Source: Catajapyx aquilonaris
Lineage: Eukaryota
DNA length: 33,305 nucleotides
NCBI GenBank assembly: GCA_000934665.2
Contig: JYFJ02004290.1
Span: 1 to 33,305, forward strand
Direction: 5' to 3'
The notes under the pieces: generated by a model
What the model was told of the DNA's origin: nothing
Databases searched by the model: none
What the model saw: the letters and a program-made list of their open reading frames with translations, nothing else
Made by a program: the position numbers and the translations under genes
Shown: one piece after another, positions 30,688 through 33,305 of the stretch
Layout: each line of letters opens with the position of its first letter
Position numbering within the stretch: position 1 is the first letter of the stretch

Positions 30688-32261
30688 ACTCTGTAGTTAC
30701 GCAACCACGCAACGCAGAGGTATCATAATTTGGCTTCCTGCATAGGTCGATGAGTACTACATGTCACTAAATTTTGGTCAAGGTCCTCAAAGATTTGTCG
30801 GAAAGGTGGTCCTCTTGACGTGGAATGCCTCATATCCGTATACCTTATGTTAATTTAAAAAATTTAACCCTCTGCCCGACGTGTGCGTGATTTACGGACA
30901 CTCACTTTAATTATTATTTTTTTTGCAAAGAATCTATCAATCCTAAAGGAATGCGGTTTTTGGCATATTCACAAGCAAAACCAGCAGAATTCACCACAAA
31001 AATCACATGCTCGAGTGCTTTGTCGGACTTTATCGTATGAAGCCATCTTCCGCTGGCTACGAGGTGGCTATATTGGAAAAGGATATTTGCGCAGTGATAG
31101 AGATTGTATGAAGCTTAGCACAATTATGGGAATTTAGCGATTAATTAGATTGGTTTCTAAGAAATATTTTCCATATAATCGTTCTTTGAATCCGTAAACT
31201 TCACCGCAACGTTTTTTATGATTCCCAAGTAGCCGCACAGAAATAGTTATAGCTGTTATGCTACGCACGGCCAAGACTATGGGAGCTGCGCAGTGGATCT
31301 GGCGGGAGCGGCCTTTCAATGCGGTTCGAATGATATATGAAGCATAGGGCTAACACGAGCCGTTGGTGAGATATGGATTTTTAAATCTACGATTACGTCA
31401 TCCATGAGTCATTGAGGCGGAAGTAGCGGCGGAAACTTTTGTTACACCTTGTATCTCCATTAATTAGAGGAATATGTGTTCCAAAAGTTATGGACAACAA
31501 GACAGACAATCAGGCAATATAATAACGCCCAGTGTTACAAGTTCAGGTAATATGGTGATTTGTGACAAGAGTGCAAACTTAAATTCGCTCTCCTGAAAAA
31601 TTACTCCTTTGTCAGTTATCATGTTTTTCCACCACACCCCTCAATTCTCGGTCTGACATAGAACGAGTCGACATATAAAGACATTCTGCCACGGAATTAT
31701 AGTGGCACTCTCTAGACCAGCACCCGCAAAGTTTCATAGCGATTACATAATTCCACTGGGAGTATTGGACACTTAAGATCATGAAAGTGTGGGCTCTAGT
31801 ATCACTGGCTCGTATACGCATTTAACGATGATGAGAATCTCAGATGTTATTAATTCCAGTTCCTACCGACACAGGTAACAATACAGACAATCATTGTTGA
31901 CTTAGAAAAAATATTCCTACAATATTATTGAAGATACATAGACACAAACATTGAGTCCATAATGCATGAAGGTACCGCATTTTTCAAGTCATTTTTCTCA
32001 TTGCTAAAAACGTCAGAATAACCATGACAACAATAGTGGCAGAAGTCTTTTAAAAAAATCTTTTAACGCTACTTACCAATATCTCCCACGAAAACATTTG
32101 AAACCCTCAGTATGAAACCTCATTTAGCCATGCTTAACTTGAAACATGGGGTCCTTTTAGGACCCCGCGCCATTTTTATTTTATAAACTTACATCAATAG
32201 CAAAAGTAAAATATTTTATGTCTCCTAAATTCAGTCTGTATTATATTTATAATCCGCAATA

Positions 32262-32648
32262 CAGGGAATAATCTACAACACATTATAATCCTCAACGCAG
32301 ATAATAATCCTCAGCACGGATTATAATCCGCAATATATTGGAATTGAGGATAATAATGTGTTGCGGATTATAATGTGCTATTATATTATTATGATTACAC
32401 GCTGAAGCAAGTTGTTGTGGTGGTTAAGGAGCCCGAATGCTAATCGGGAGGTCCTGGGTTCGATCCCGGGGCCGGCAACCCTGACCGTGGTTTTCTATGG
32501 TTTTCCACGGTCCCCCTAGAATAACTCCGGGGTTGTTTCCGTATAATAGGCCACAGCCGCTTCCTTCCTTCCCTGTCCTTGGCCCCATCCAATGGTGGTA
32601 CCCTAACCCCCTAATGGAGCGCCGATTCTTCCAATGGGGTATAAATAA

Positions 32649-32725
<77 letters not shown>

Positions 32726-32749
32726 TAACATAATGAGGATTATTCTCTG
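32262..32749. repeat. Foldback minisatellite element 1 (ATAATCCTCAACAC units), interrupted by SINE C
   Basis: TA|CAGGGAATAATC...GAGGATTATTCTCTG; the units switch orientation near 32340. Confidence 0.6.
32401..32724 (+). mobile_element. tRNA-derived SINE family C with an (AAT)n tail
   Basis: A box GTGGTGGTTAAGG and B box GGTTCGATCCC. Body GTGGTTTTC..TGGTTTTCC...AGGCCACAGCCGCTTCCTTCC. Tail (AAT)n at about 32652-32724. Confidence 0.85.
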
Positions 32750-32753
32750 TCTA

Positions 32754-33244
32754 CAGAGAATAATCCTCAACACAGATCATCCTCAACACGGATTATAATC
32801 CTCAATACAATAATCCTCAACACAATAATCCTCAACACAATAATCCTCAACACAATAATCCTCAACACAATAATCCTCAACACGGATTATTATCCTCAAC
32901 ACGGATTCCGCAGCACATAATAATCCTCAACACACAATGATCCTTAACACGGGTTATAATCCTCAACACACATTATACTCCTCAACACAGACGTTGAGGA
33001 TTATAATCCGGGTTGAGGATTATTATGTGTTGCGGATTATAATCCGGGTTGAGGATTATTATGTGTTGCGGATTATAATCCGTGTTGAGGATTATAATGT
33101 GTGTTGAGGATTATAATGTGTGTTGAGGATTATAATGTGTGTTGAGGATTATAATGTGTGTTGAGGATTATTGTGGTTGAGGATCATTGTGTGTTGAGGA
33201 TTATTATGTGTTGAGGATTATTCTCTGTTGAGGATTATTCTCTG
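32754..33244. repeat. Foldback minisatellite element 2: 16-19-bp units, direct to ~32990 then inverted
   Basis: CAGAGAATAATCCTCAACAC... is mirrored by ...GTTGAGGATTATTCTCTG. Confidence 0.85.
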
Positions 33245-33246
33245 TT

Positions 33247-33305
33247 GGGGGCCGTCCATAATCCGCGCGGACAGATTTTTTCACTTTTTTACCTCCCCCC
33301 CTCCC
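33247..33305. mobile_element. Probable left terminus of a DNA transposon or MITE, running off the window
   Basis: GGGGGCCGTCCATAATCCGCG resembles common arthropod GGGGCCGTCCATAA TIRs; the partner end is not visible. Confidence 0.3.

Larger units (their letters stand above)
28868..31451. mobile_element. Tc1/mariner-type non-autonomous element nested in the Sola-like element
   Basis: TA|CAGGGTGTAACAAAGGTTTC and GAAACTTTTGTTACACCTTG|TA, an 18/20 inverted match. Confidence 0.6.
28622..31642. mobile_element. Sola-like non-autonomous DNA transposon (outer shell of a nested cluster)
   Basis: Perfect 33-bp TIRs GAGGGGTGTGGTGGAAAAACATGATAACTGACA at 28622-28654 and 31610-31642. AATT on both sides (28618-28621, 31643-31646). 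GAG termini with a 4-bp TSD fit Sola. Internal ACATGATAAC repeats. Confidence 0.75.

Noticed and set aside
30865..30900. TTAA-CCC piggyBac-like terminus (also a hairpin at 32147-32166)
   Set aside because: No matching opposite end was found in the window.
32497..32733. Poly-Asn ORF
   Set aside because: Translation of the (AAT)n SINE tail.
32754..33244. CRISPR-like repeat array
   Set aside because: Units are 16-19 bp, abut without unique spacers and invert midway. The context is eukaryotic with no cas genes.

Overview
Eukaryotic, arthropod-like genomic DNA; the species cannot be determined from the sequence. I assembled four spliced protein-coding genes by hand, all with GT-AG introns and consistent phases. 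(1) RABL2, + strand, 5 exons, 200 aa. (2) A secreted arthropod-type CUB-domain protein, - strand, 8 exons, 519 aa; it probably lies antisense inside the first (5'UTR) intron of BORCS5. (3) BORCS5/myrlysin, + strand, 4 coding exons, 253 aa. (4) An atypical dual-specificity phosphatase, + strand, 5 exons, about 305 aa, with the non-canonical P-loop HCFSGNCRG. Introns and intergenic DNA are dense with transposable elements: a full-length but disrupted DD34D mariner, three tRNA-derived SINE families (one with a V-domain-like core), a LINE 3' fragment, a (CCAA)n-tailed retro-insertion, hAT, Tc1, pogo, Harbinger and Sola-like non-autonomous elements (several nested), and foldback minisatellite arrays. 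The most unusual signals are a shared 3' stem-in-stem motif (CCCCTAA, then a variable 5-bp hairpin, then TGGGGTA) linking three unrelated SINE families to the LINE, two apparent DNA-transposon excision footprints, the nested CUB gene with a His/Lys-rich pro-region, and the altered phosphatase active site. I found no CRISPR array, rRNA or true tRNA gene, and no clearly new multi-gene system. All family assignments come from motif recognition, not database searches.
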